Position numbers and translations under genes: made by a program | Shown: positions 1 through 11,800 of the stretch, piece after piece | Layout: every line of letters starts with the position of its first letter | Numbering within the stretch: position 1 is the first letter of the stretch | NCBI GenBank assembly: GCA_964035545.1 | Contig: OZ037767.1 | Location: 31,388,628 to 31,452,627, forward strand | Reading direction: 5' to 3' | DNA: 64,000 bases | DNA from: Bugula neritina | Taxonomy: Eukaryota; Animalia; Bryozoa | Notes under the pieces: model-generated | Told to the model about the DNA's origin: nothing | The model's input: only the letters and a program-made list of their open reading frames with translations | The model's database searches: none

Positions 1-544
1 TTTTGCTGCAATGTGACACGATGGCACGTATCACATAGATATTTGGTTTAAATGGAGTGTATAATGCTATCTTGTTGATAATCATATTATTCTAAGAAAT
101 TAATCTCAGTGTTGACTGTATTAAAACTTTCCTTGACAAACCTGCTGGTTAAATAATTGGGTCTACAAAATGGCCTCCATCTTGTAAAAAAAAATTATGG
201 AAATTTTACTGCTTGCAAATTAATTCACTTATGCTTACAAAACTTTTCCTCACTGACTTGATGTTACATCTTTGGCATGTAAAATGGCACAATGCTGACT
301 AAAACACGTTGTTTTTCTGTACTAAATTGTAAAGGTTAATCTTTTGAGATGCATTGAATATTACATCTGCCCCCTAAGTTACCAGAGGCATGTTTGAATT
401 AATTGCTTATGTGTAGCTACTCCTTCTACAAGGTAATACAAATATAATTTCATTTGTTTTGCTTCAGTTCATTTAGTATAATATTTCCGGAGTTAATAGA
501 ATTACTTGAGTACCTTTTGCTGTATACTACCATATTAATGTAGT

Positions 545-740
545 ATAATATACTATATCGTATACTATGCTACTATATATATACTATACTATGCTACTAT
601 ATACTATACTATACTACTATATACTACTCTATACTATACTATACTATACTATATACTATACTATACTACTATATATAACTATACTATACACTACATTATA
701 CTACTATATTATATGCTACTATATACTACACTATTATAAA
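545..740. repeat. Low-complexity (TATAC)n-like microsatellite
   Basis: Degenerate atact/tatac reiterations; they generate the spurious Y/L/I-rich ORF 567-782. Confidence 0.85.
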
Positions 741-982
741 CTAAACTACTTAACTCCTAAACACCAAAAGCAATTTATCTAACTTCAAACTACCATTTCA
801 TCACATATTGTAACTTTGCATCCACTATCTTACAGCTGATAGTCAATAGCCTGTTCAAAACAACAAGTTATTAGAATATAATTAATTCTCAGTTATCACG
901 CCTTTGTCTTATCCTGGTCATTGACCCTAGCCGATGTACTCACATTCACAGAGTGCTTGTCTCATTATTGTTCTGCATGAAA

Positions 983-1063
983 CGTGATCTAACTGGGCTT
1001 GCGTGATCTAACTGGGCCTGCGTGTTCTAACTGGGCCTGCGTGATCTAACTGGGCCTGCGTGT
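983..1063 (+). repeat. 19-bp tandem repeat (~4 copies, cgtgatctaactgggcctg) directly upstream of the CYP TATA box
   Basis: GCGTG recurs at 1001, 1020, 1039 and 1058 (period 19). Confidence 0.9.
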
Positions 1064-1073
1064 TCAGCTGCCC

Positions 1074-1080
1074 TATAAAA
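1074..1080 (+). promoter_or_regulatory. TATA box of the CYP gene
   Basis: TATAAAA about 40 nt upstream of the ATG at 1119. Confidence 0.65.
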
Positions 1081-1263
1081 TTGCTATTGCAGCCGGTTTA
1101 CTACTTAGTGAGTGACAGATGGAGCTGTTAGCAGGTTATGGTGTTCCTCCCTGGGGAGCTCTGACATTGGTCTTATTGTCTTTACTTTATTGGTAAGTTA
1201 AATGTGTTGATGCAGAAGTTATTAGTTTTATGAAGGTTGTTATAGAAGTAATTAGAACATAAT

Positions 1264-2039
1264 CACGGGCTTTCCATGTACCGATCTCAGATCGATCTCG
1301 CTGAGATCGATCTGAGAAATGTGCTCAGATCGATCGTTTTTCCATGAGAGTGTCAGATCGATCTTTCGAAGTTGCCTCCTCTTAAGTGAAGGATACTTTA
1401 AAAGTATAATTTGTTCACCTATTTGAGTGATTAAAGCTACTACTGTTAAAAACAAGATGGTCGTAGTCTAAAATTTAATCCCAGCTATAAATTATACGCA
1501 GCAAAGCTTTCAGTGCATGGTAATTTGGCCAATTTAAAATAATTAATTTTAATTTTTTAGCTTGACAGCTTATATAAAATTAATGGCTGTCTTGCTGATT
1601 ATTCATAAACTTACAGGACTGTTAGGCTTAAAATTATAAAGAAAATAGCTAATGAAACTAAGTTTTAATAGTCATTTAAATTCAATTTAAATTCTCCCAT
1701 TTTTTTACCTTCTACTGCATATAATTGAGTTTTTTTAATCATTGTACTGAAAGTCAAAGTTTTGGCATCTGAAAAGGTAGCCAACATAATTATTTAATAC
1801 TTTGCTTAGTAATTATCAATAAGTTATCATTTTTATTAGCAGACAACATTGTAGCGCGCAGTCTTTTTCTACTTCTCAGATCGATCTGGCATCTTTCCAT
1901 GGTCTTATTGACATGAGATCGATCTGAGTTCGAGCTCCACAGACCGACCAGCTCAGATCGACGGAGATCGATCTTTGGCGTCTTTCCATGGATCGATCTC
2001 ACTGAGATCGATCTAAGATCGGTACATGGAAAGCCGGTG
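1264..2039. mobile_element. MITE / non-autonomous DNA transposon in CYP intron 1 (CAC...GTG termini, CACTA/CMC-like)
   Basis: ~50-bp imperfect TIRs (cacgggctttccatgtaccgatctcagatcgatctc... vs ...gagatcgatctaagatcggtacatggaaagccggtg); AAT on both flanks (1261-1263, 2040-2042); many subterminal AGATCGATCT palindromes; no coding capacity. Superfamily assignment is tentative. Confidence 0.8.
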
Positions 2040-4864
2040 AATAACAGTCTTGACAGAGGCAAGAGTGTGTTGTTGAAAGAGATGCTTTATCAATAAATTT
2101 GTTGCTATCTCCGTCGTCTTTAAAAAGCTTTGGTTGATATGGTTGCTATATTTGCTATGTTAATCTATAGTGTACTATTTGTTGAGGCATTTTCACAAAT
2201 TGAAAGCTTCCTTAAAAAGCCATAGGGTGTCACAATGCACTAAAAATAATAACCAGTTGAAGGTATTCTCAAAATAAAATTTTAAATCACATTTTTTTAA
2301 ATCTAACCATTTTGTAAATTTTTTCAGTGCATGGTAAAGAGTTTTCTGTAAAAGTTTAGAGTGGAAACACTAATGCTTAAAACTCCATTTTGAAAATTTA
2401 CAGCTTTGGGCAGTTTGAATACAGATTACAAAAGTTTATTTCAGTTATAATTTTTTATAATACATGTATATCAAATCTTTTTATTGAGTTACTAGATTTT
2501 AAATTGGCTTTTATTTTTAGCTGTTATCCATTTTTAGTTATAACAGTATCGGGTAACTATGCGTAAATACTATATATTATGTTAATATATTTCTGTTAGT
2601 TACACGCTGACTGTGGTGGCAGTTTATAGGTTTTGGTGTTGATGGTACTTTAAGTCTCCACTGATGCCATAAGGCAACGTGAAAACTATAATAGTAATGT
2701 ATGAAACAACATCTTAGTAAAAATATGCAAAGAAGTATAATAAGTCACCAAGTTATTGTCAAACAATTAAGATTTCATATTCTATTAAAATGCAAAGTTA
2801 TTAGTAATTATTAAAAATTATAGCTGTATTACCTGATTGGCTCTACTAGTTCTATAAAACGGCTGCACTAGTCATGGCTCTAGCACTTGACCCACCATGG
2901 CTAGGCCAAGTCTAGAACAAAGCTTGATGTGCAGCTTACAAGTATTTATATGGCTAGTTAAAAACTGATTAGTTTACAAGATGTGTAGGCTAACATAACA
3001 CAGTTCAAGACAGGTGCTAATGCTATGGAAAACAAATATGGTTAAAAGTTAATGAGAATAAGGTTGACAAGTTGAGTATAAGTAGTTTATGGGTGCATTT
3101 TCAATACTTGGGTTTCTATTTATTTGCACCAACAGGATGTGTTACAAAAGGGCCATGCTGACCGTTACACTGACTTTTACTTTTAGTTTGCTTAGTACAA
3201 AGCTAAAAACTCTAAGATAAAATACTTAGCACACAGAGTTGAAATCCTTTAAAGCTCTCAACAACAATGCTAAGCCCAACAATTATGCTGTTACTAAACT
3301 AAACTTTTCTTCAAAATTGCCCCACAATAGCAATGAGCTATTTTAGACTTGTTAGACATTGGTTGTTCCTATTCTTGAGCAGCCCATTTACAATTTGTGC
3401 ATTTTTACCAGTTTGTGCAGAAATGGAGATTTAGATGACATTTTCTAAAGGTCTCAATTAGTTTGAATTTGGATTAACCAAGGCTCATTAAATGCTTTTG
3501 ATAATCAAGTATTTCTAGCTATAGAAATTACTTTATGATTGATTACCAGTTCAAATTGTACCCATAAAATACTTTTGACAGTAACCATTTTTTACTTATT
3601 GGGAAGTTCGAGCTGTAGGTGCTGAAGAAGAGGCTATATAAGGACCCCCTTTGTTTGATCTCAACATTTCTGTGGTCTGTACATGTTGTTTTAGCAAGGC
3701 AGACATTGCATTGTCTAGCAAATCTATCAATAGTATAAGTGTCAGTAACCTTACCATTAGTCAATAGGAAGAGTTATCTATATCCTGCTGTCTGGGTATT
3801 TTTGGACTGTTGTTATTGGCAGATAATCGAATACATATTCTCAGTAAAATGTAAAATGTGGTACAAAGCCAACAATGCTCTTAGTCACCTCAAGAAATGT
3901 TTTCAGTTTTTAAAAGTTTATTTCAAAGTAGAGCCGCTACACCATTCAGACAAGTTCTAAATGCTAGCATTGTAAAAGCGAAAGGAAAGCTACAGGAATA
4001 TAGGCGAAGTATCACTTTGATTAGTTCCAGGTTGATAATAATTTAATCTGAAAATCTCAAAGTACTAGTTGGTTGCAAGTTGTTAACGCTATAGGTTATG
4101 TAGTACCAGTCGACTAAGGCCTACAGTGGGGTCTGAACCTTTACTCTGATAACTATAACTTTTGATATACAAACTTGAAACCACAAAGCCTCTGATGAAC
4201 ATCAGAAGCTTATTTATATATTATATCATTGTACAATAAGAATAATAATTATGTAGCTACTTAGTTTCATGAAAATAAAATTTTAAATAATCTTTTCCTC
4301 AAATTTTAACATTGTGTATAATTATTTTTCAGTGTAGCTTCTAAGTGTACTTTAGGTATGGCACATCAACATTCAACACCTTCAAGAAACTTGGTATACC
4401 TTATCGTCCTGTGTACATCCCTTTTCTAGGACACTACTATGACTTACTTACCAAGGTAAATACATCTTCTAAATTCTAGCTCTTGTGCATATTGTCATAG
4501 AGATAAAACTATTAATTTTATAGAGTTTGTCAGTTTTCTGCCCTCTAAAATGTCAGAATAGCTAATAACTTTACCCACCAGAAACATGTTATGTTAACAG
4601 ACTTGGACAGACATAGACAAAAAGCTAGCAAAACAGTTTCCTAACAAAGTTTATGGGTGAGTCATGAGAGAATATTCAGAATGGAAATTTTATTTCAAAT
4701 ACAAACATGGAAAATGGCTGCTACAATATCACTGTTTTTATAATGCTAATATAATAATTATATAGAAAATATTTTAATATATTGTTTCAATTTAATATAC
4801 AATATAGTTTAAAATTTTATTATAATATGCAATAATAAATATGGCGTGTGTGCGCGAGTGTGTG

Positions 4865-4896
4865 TATATATATATATATGTATATATATGTATATA

Positions 4897-4950
<54 letters not shown>
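4865..4950. repeat. (TA)n microsatellite
   Basis: Directly visible. Confidence 0.95.
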
Positions 4951-4954
<4 letters not shown>

Positions 4955-6954
4955 ATGTGATGTATACTTTTCATACCATTCATAATATATCATTTAATAT
5001 AATCAAATGATAACAACATATTGTGTTGTAGAACTTTCCAAGGGCGCCAACCCATACTACAAACTAGTGATGCAGAGTTTACTAAAGAAGTTTTAATCAA
5101 GAAGTTCTCAAGTTTCATGAACCGACGCAGGTGAAAGTAGATGAAGACAGTATGATTGGTAATAACGTAGCTCTGATACGAGATGATCACTGGAAACACA
5201 TCAGAGTTAGCTTGTCACCAACTTTCTCTTCTGGTAAACTTAAACAGGTACACAGATACTTTAAAATACTTTAGTTGATTAAATGGATGACTCAGCATGC
5301 TGGGACAGCAAATTGAAAATTAAGTGCAGTGTGCTCTGTTTGAATACTGTAACACAATCCTGATGTCTATGTTTTTATTCAATGCTTAAATTATTTTATG
5401 ATGCATAAATTAAGGCTTAAAAGCAATTTAATTTTTTAGAATGAAAATAGTTGTCAACTTGTTATTAGCCTTTAAATGTTTAGGCTTACAGAAAAATGGT
5501 ATATATTCAAAGTGATTGGTAATTATCTTGAATAATAGCAGCTGGGATAAATCAAATGGTTTAAAATATTACGGCATGGTTGTAAGTTGTAAGTTAAAAT
5601 TATTGTTTGCATCCTGTATACTGTGTATAACCAGCCACCACAATTTCCTATCTCTAGAACAAAAGATTTCACTTAAGTTAGTTGAGTGACCTGTGCTTAT
5701 AATTCAATAAAGCATACAACTGGAGTTTGAGTTTTGGTATCATTCTCTCCCAAACATGAAATGAAAAGTTTATTGACATAATATCTAAAACATCTGAAAG
5801 TAGTATAGTGTCTGGTTGATGAATATTTTCAAGATGTATCCAGTCATCAGCCAGTGTGCTGACAAGTTTGTGAAACAGCTGGAGCTGACCGATGCCTAAC
5901 CCACAGTCATCAATCAGTGAGTTGTGTTCTTATGATACTGATTCCCAGTTGATTTGGTGATTTATTATAATTTGAGACAGAGTTGCTTGAGTTATATATA
6001 AGTTTAGTAACACGGCCTGTATGAGAATAAAATCATACAGTTATAATATATACTCTACAGTCAATTCTACTATTTCTACTTTCAGTCTTGCAGCTGGCTA
6101 TACCATGGATGCCATAGCAAGAATAGCCTTTGGTTTAGATACTAACATCCAAGAAGAACCCAATCATCCATTTCTTGTTTACTCCAAAACTTTCTTTGGA
6201 TTTCCTTTAAACAACAGAATTACCACCAAAATAAAATTTTTTATTAGAATAGCGTGTCTCCGTGAGTTGAACTTTTAAAATTATTTTTTTTACATTTCAT
6301 GTTTACTTTGCTGCGCACGCCATAGTTTGTATACTTCTTCAAAATTATACAGGAAATGCTATGAAAATTGGTGCAACTTGTGTTGCTAAACAGCATAGTA
6401 TGTATAACATACTATCAAACATTGTACTGTATATTATCTGTTTGTATGCATAACATGCACAATTCCATCCATGTTATTGCAGTTTTGTGCTCAAGGAAAA
6501 TGAAAGAATTCCTCAACAGGTTTTTTGATGTATATTTCCCTGGCAGTGAGATTACAGACTACTTCTATGGTTTAATGACTTCTGTGCTCAGTGAAACTAC
6601 AGAAGAGCTTCAGGTTAGTACTGAAATAGACTAAGAGTTTCAGTGTTTAGTCAGCCTACTCATTTTCAGTTAGTAAAGTAATTATTCATGGTTAATACTA
6701 AGAGTTGAAAATTCAAAGAAAATGCATTTGAAAAAATTCAGATAACTGTGAGAGTTGTGCACCCTCTGCAGGGACTTTCCCTTATCTTTAGTTGTATAGG
6801 TTAAATTTCATATTAATGGTGAAGTAGCTACAGTATATGGTATTTTGATCATCTGTAAAATACAATGCAATTGTTCTTCTTAGAAAAGAAAAGACTTCAT
6901 ATCAATGTGCTCAGATAAAATGGTGGATATAGATAAAGTTGAAAAAGGTAGTAT

Positions 6955-7671
6955 TGTGGTAAAATTGTGTATAGTAACTAATACTTGTATCCCCCTTACT
7001 ATTATTATCTTCATTCCCATGGAATGCGTGTTTTCTTAGGTATACATCATTACATAGCCATAGTATTGTAACAGCTAAGTGTTATGTTGGCAATGATGGG
7101 ATTAGCTATTATTCCCAGCTACTTACTACTACTGACGTGACTGGATTAGCTATTGTTTCTGACGGCTCACAGGAACACTTATATAATCAAGATAACCGGG
7201 ATTTCCCTGCGAAGTTCGCTCGATTCGAGCGATTCCTTTGTTCTAGCCCTGCGAATCCCCTGCGATTCGAGCGAATTCCCTCGAATTCGCTCGGAACATT
7301 CTGGTGGGAATGTTTCCCAATGTATAAAAGGGAGCCCTCAACACAGTAGAGTCAGTCTTCAGCCAGCAGCACAACAGGACACATCTCGGAGCTACCAAGC
7401 CAGGACAATAACACACTTAGTTAATTATCTTATACTTTGTTTACCAGTTTACTAGTAAGTTTTCCATACATGTAAGGAGTTGTCCTCCCTAACTGCTATT
7501 TTTGGATTTATATATATTATGGAGTAAATAAAGGGGATTGTGAGTATTACATTTCTTATTTATTGTGCATAAATACCCTCCTACAAAGAGTCACTGTGTT
7601 CAATCAGCTAACAACCCACACCAATAATTGCATGCAGCGAATCATAACATTCTACGCATAAAATTATTACA
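6955..7671 (+). repeat. 5' LTR (717 bp)
   Basis: Starts TGTGGTAAAA, ends TTATTACA; repeated at offset 7942; TATAAAA 7323-7329, AATAAA 7527-7532. Confidence 0.97.
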
Positions 7672-7672
7672 C

Positions 7673-7690
7673 TGGTGGCAGCAGTGGGAT
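7673..7690 (+). other. Primer-binding site complementary to a tRNA-Leu 3' end
   Basis: TGGTGGCAGCAGTGGGAT, 1 nt after the LTR, complements ...AUCCCAC(U/C)GCUGCCA-CCA, the 3' end of eukaryotic tRNA-Leu (AAG/TAG type). Confidence 0.85.
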
Positions 7691-7740
7691 AATCGTCTGG
7701 TACAGACTAAGCTGATGCTCCCCTACGGGGAGAGACAACA

Positions 7741-8841
7741 ATGGATCCATTGAGGCCAGCGCCAGAGCTCGGGCCTGATGATGAACCAGCAGGAGGACGC
7801 TTCACCCTAGAGACATTGATTCGGACTCTCTGGGAAGACAGGGCAGCTGCACAGGCTCCACCTGGTGACAGGTTCCGCCTTAAAGCGCCAGTCTTCGACG
7901 GTGAAGGAAATGTAGAACAATTTCTACAAGAATTCCGCGAGGTGGCCGTGGCCTCCCAGTGGCCGGCCCAGGTGGAATTACTGCAACTACGGTCCTGCCT
8001 GACAGGTCGAGCCAAGCCCTATGCGGTAGGCCCGAATAGGGACCACATCATAGAGGCTCTGCGCGGCCGCTTCGGACTTACCGTCCGGGACGCGAGAGCC
8101 CGCCTACAAGGACTCCGACGAGACCCTAAGGTCTCACTACAGGATCACGCCAACAAAGTGGAGCAGCTGGTCCAGGTAGCCTACGGTAACGTAGACCTGG
8201 AGTCACGCCAGGCCATCACCTTTGATATCTTCCTGCAATCGCTCAATAACCTGAGCCTGCAACGGTATCTCTTGGCAGCTGGGGTCGACACCATTGAGGC
8301 TGCTCTGACCAGAGGAAAGGCGTACTACCAGATCGGCGGGAGTCAGGACTGTGACAGCAGTGCCCGACGAGTCGAGTCAGACTGGGGAGAGGCTGCCGAA
8401 CACATTCAGCCGAGGCCTCAAGTAGCGGCCGCCGCCACTACACCACCAACCCCACCCGAACTCTCCATGGTATTGGAGGTGGTGGACAAACTGCAAGAAG
8501 AGATCGCAACATTGCGACGGGCCCAAACTACTGACAGACCGGATCGGTCATACGGTAGTCAGCCCAACAAGGACGCTCAGTTAGAGCCTAGGGTAGCAGC
8601 TACTGCGCCTACCCCATCGACCTCAGCCGAAGTCTCCATGGTACTGGAGGTGGTGCGAGATCTACAGGCCGAAGTTAAGGCCCTGAGACGGGCCCAAACT
8701 ACTAGCCGGCCGAATCAGCCACGTAGTAGTCGCCCCGAAGGGTCTTCTCTCACGTGTTGGAAGTGTGGGACAACAGGTCATGTGCAACGAGACTGTCCCC
8801 GAGGACGCAGCGGTCCTTTAAACACCCAAGGCCTGCGGTAA
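7741..8841 (+). CDS. gag: Gag (capsid-like region, duplicated coiled-coil module, CCHC zinc knuckle), 366 aa
   Basis: PVFDG...FLQEF...W...L...LTGRA capsid-type pattern; CWKCGTTGHVQRDC knuckle; first ORF after the PBS. Confidence 0.93.
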   Translation: MDPLRPAPELGPDDEPAGGRFTLETLIRTLWEDRAAAQAPPGDRFRLKAPVFDGEGNVEQFLQEFREVAVASQWPAQVELLQLRSCLTGRAKPYAVGPNRDHIIEALRGRFGLTVRDARARLQGLRRDPKVSLQDHANKVEQLVQVAYGNVDLESRQAITFDIFLQSLNNLSLQRYLLAAGVDTIEAALTRGKAYYQIGGSQDCDSSARRVESDWGEAAEHIQPRPQVAAAATTPPTPPELSMVLEVVDKLQEEIATLRRAQTTDRPDRSYGSQPNKDAQLEPRVAATAPTPSTSAEVSMVLEVVRDLQAEVKALRRAQTTSRPNQPRSSRPEGSSLTCWKCGTTGHVQRDCPRGRSGPLNTQGLR

Positions 8842-11800
8842 TCTCCGCCACCCGCAGGCCGAGTCTCCAGACTCACCCGAGGAGGGTTTACTCTGCACCC
8901 AGGGAGGCGCAGACGGAACCCCCCTCATCCGAATGGCAAGCTCCCCGGAGAACTTGGAGGCCGAAAGGCCTGCCCGAACCTCCAGCTTGGCCACTCAACA
9001 ACCGGTTCGCGGGGTTACCCGAGGAGGTTGTGGAGGAGGATACTGATTCCGACCGGGATTTCCCCCGACTGCCCTCCAAACCTCAGAAAACCCCCGTGGT
9101 CCCTAGGACGTGTAAGAGGCCTACCGTCCAGACCCAAGAAGTGTCTCCCCCAGAGACAGACTACTCGAAACACACCCAACCATACGGAAGCAGCTATTTC
9201 CTGCCCGGCAAGATTGCGGGCAAAGCTGCCACCTTCCTGTTGGACACCGGGTGCACCACAAACCTTCTGAGTAGGCGTCTCTTCGACACTCTTGGCGCTC
9301 GGGAGCGGGAAAGCCTCAAGCCGTATAATGGTGAGCACGGTACGTTGGCGGACGGATCGAGCATACCATTTTACGGCCTCATCTCACTACCCGGAAGAGT
9401 TCGGGATCTCGTAATCCACGAGACCTTCATAGTGAGTCACCTGAAGGAGGATGCTATCCTTGGCATGCCCTTCCTTGAGGAGCACCAATGCCACATGGAC
9501 TTCAACAAGTCAGCAATAGTGGTGGATGGCAAGGAACTTACCTGCGTGGATAAGTTCGGCAGGCCTCTGGTAGGAGGCGTACAGGTGGTCCGGGACAGCC
9601 TGATTCCCGGGCGCTCTCAGGCTACACTCCGGTGCAGGGTCAACTGCAAGGAGATCTCTGAGCTAGGGGTTGTGGAGGGCATGCACAGAAAGGTACAGTT
9701 GGCAAACAGCCTGAATCGGCTAGACTGCCGTGGAGAGTTCCTGGTGCAGTGCATCAACCCCTACGCGGAGCCGGTGAAGTTATCGGCTGGTTCGCTGGTG
9801 GGCAGGTATCACTCGGTTCAGGAGACTGATGTTGGGCCCACACTCGATGCGACGTCGGAGACACCGAGTCGCCCCCTGGAGTCTGGCATGGGACCAGTCC
9901 CAGAGCATGTGGCGGAGCTATACAAGGGAGCCTGTGGTGGTTGTGGAAGTAACGTGGAGCGCCAACGGATGGCCCAGTTACTTCGAGAGTACCACGATGT
10001 ATTCAGCCAAGGAGACGAGGACATGGGGTTGACTAACGTAGTGCGGCACGAGATACCCCTAGTAACAGGGACTGCCCCCATACGACAACCCACTCGACGG
10101 CTGGGCCCGGAAAAGGAGAGGGAGGTTAGCCGGCAAGTCCAGGACTTGCTTGATCGGGACCTGATTGAGCCAGCCCACGGTGCGTGGAGCTCACCAGTCG
10201 TTCTGGTCAAAAAGAAGGATGGGAGCTGGAGATTCTGCGTTGATTACCGCAAGTTGAACAGCGTCACCATCCAGGATGCCTACCCTCTCCCCCGGATAGA
10301 CGAGTCGCTAGATGCCCTCGCGGGAAGTAGATACTTCAGCACGCTGGACCTACTGAGTGGATACTGGCAAGTACCCCTCAGTCCTGATGCACAGGACAAG
10401 GCCGCGTTCATCACTCGCGATGGCCTCTGGAAATGGAAGGTGTTGCCATTCGGGCTGACATCCGCCCCGGCCACCTTTCAGCGGCTCATGGAGCAGGTCC
10501 TCAGTGGGTTACACTGGAAGACGCTGCTAGTCTATCTGGACGACGTCATTGTTATCTCGCCAGACTTTTCGACTCATGTCAGTCGTCTGCGCGAGGTCTT
10601 TGACCGTCTCCGGGCCGCCGGGCTAAAGCTTAAACCCTCGAAATGTGCCCTCCTGCAGCAGGAAGTCAAATATCTCGGACATGTGGTCAGCCGGGACGGC
10701 GTTGCCACCGACCCCGAGAAAGTACGGGCCGTACAAGACTGGACTGTTCCCCAAGATATCCATGAACTGAGAGCGTTCCTAGGACTGGTGGGATATTATC
10801 GGCAATATATCCCCGAATTCGCAGGTGTGGCACAGCCATTGAATCGGCTAACCGCCAAAGGAGTCCGGTGGCGTTGGACTCAGGAAGAGCAGCAGGCTTT
10901 TGATCATCTCAAGGCCCGGCTAGTGGAGGCACCCATCCTGGCCTACCCCGACCCGACCAAACAGTATATCTTGGATACAGATGCCAGCGACCACAGCATG
11001 GGGGCTGTGTTGTCCCAGGTACAAGGAGGTACCGAGGTAGTGGTGGCGTATTACAGCAAGGCCCTCTCCACCGCCGAAAGAAACTACTGCACGACCAGGA
11101 AGGAACTCCTAGCAGTAGTTAAGGCGGTGAAGCATTTCCGGCCATATCTATATGGTAGAACGTTCAGATTACGAACTGACCATGCATCGTTGATATGGCT
11201 GTGCAAACGGGCCGAACCCTCCAGCCAGGTTGCCAGGTGGCTCGAAATACTTGCAGAATTCTCATATCGGATTGAACATCGCGCCGGCCGGAAGCATGGA
11301 AATGCTGATGGTCTGAGCCGTCGTCCAGAGAGAGACTGCAAGCAATGCCTCCATATAGAGAAGCGGGACGGGGGACCCGCCCGCTCGGAAGTTGAGACAC
11401 AACTGAAGAAAACAGAAGCCTACAGGTGGGAACAAGGCCGACTGCAATCCGATGTCCATTCAGATGCTGTCCAGGCCCTTCGGGTCAACCCCACCTTAGC
11501 CAGAAATGTCCGGGACTTGTGCCGATTACAGGAAACCCTGCCGGGGGTAGTGGGAGAGATATTCAGGGCCAAGAAGGAGGGGCGCCGGCCAGGTGAAGAG
11601 GAGCAGCGGCAGAAGGGCGTTGAATTCCAACAGTTCTGCCACCGCTGGGACTCCCTCAAATTCAACTCGGACGGATTGCTAACCATCTCCTTGGCAGCAG
11701 ACAGGCAACACCAGGAACGGGAGCGGGTTGTGTGCCCACACCCCCTCCGGAGAGAGCTCATCTGGGAGACTCACAAGCAAGCCCATGCGGGGACCAGTAG

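Noticed and set aside
2238-2329. Tiny CACTAAAAA...TTTTCAGTG inverted repeat as an EnSpm-type MITE
   Set aside because: Short imperfect A/T-rich match with no clear TSD; could be chance
5131-5140. A 10-nt GT...AG micro-intron rescuing the CYP frameshift
   Set aside because: Far too short for splicing, and removing it gives AGA TGA, still a stop
7137-7455. 70- and 100-aa ORFs in the LTRs (also 15079-15397)
   Set aside because: Non-ATG starts, overlap with promoter motifs, no recognisable domain; duplicated only because the LTR is duplicated
7673-7690. tRNA gene
   Set aside because: Only an 18-nt complement to a tRNA 3' end including CCA; this is the PBS, with no cloverleaf
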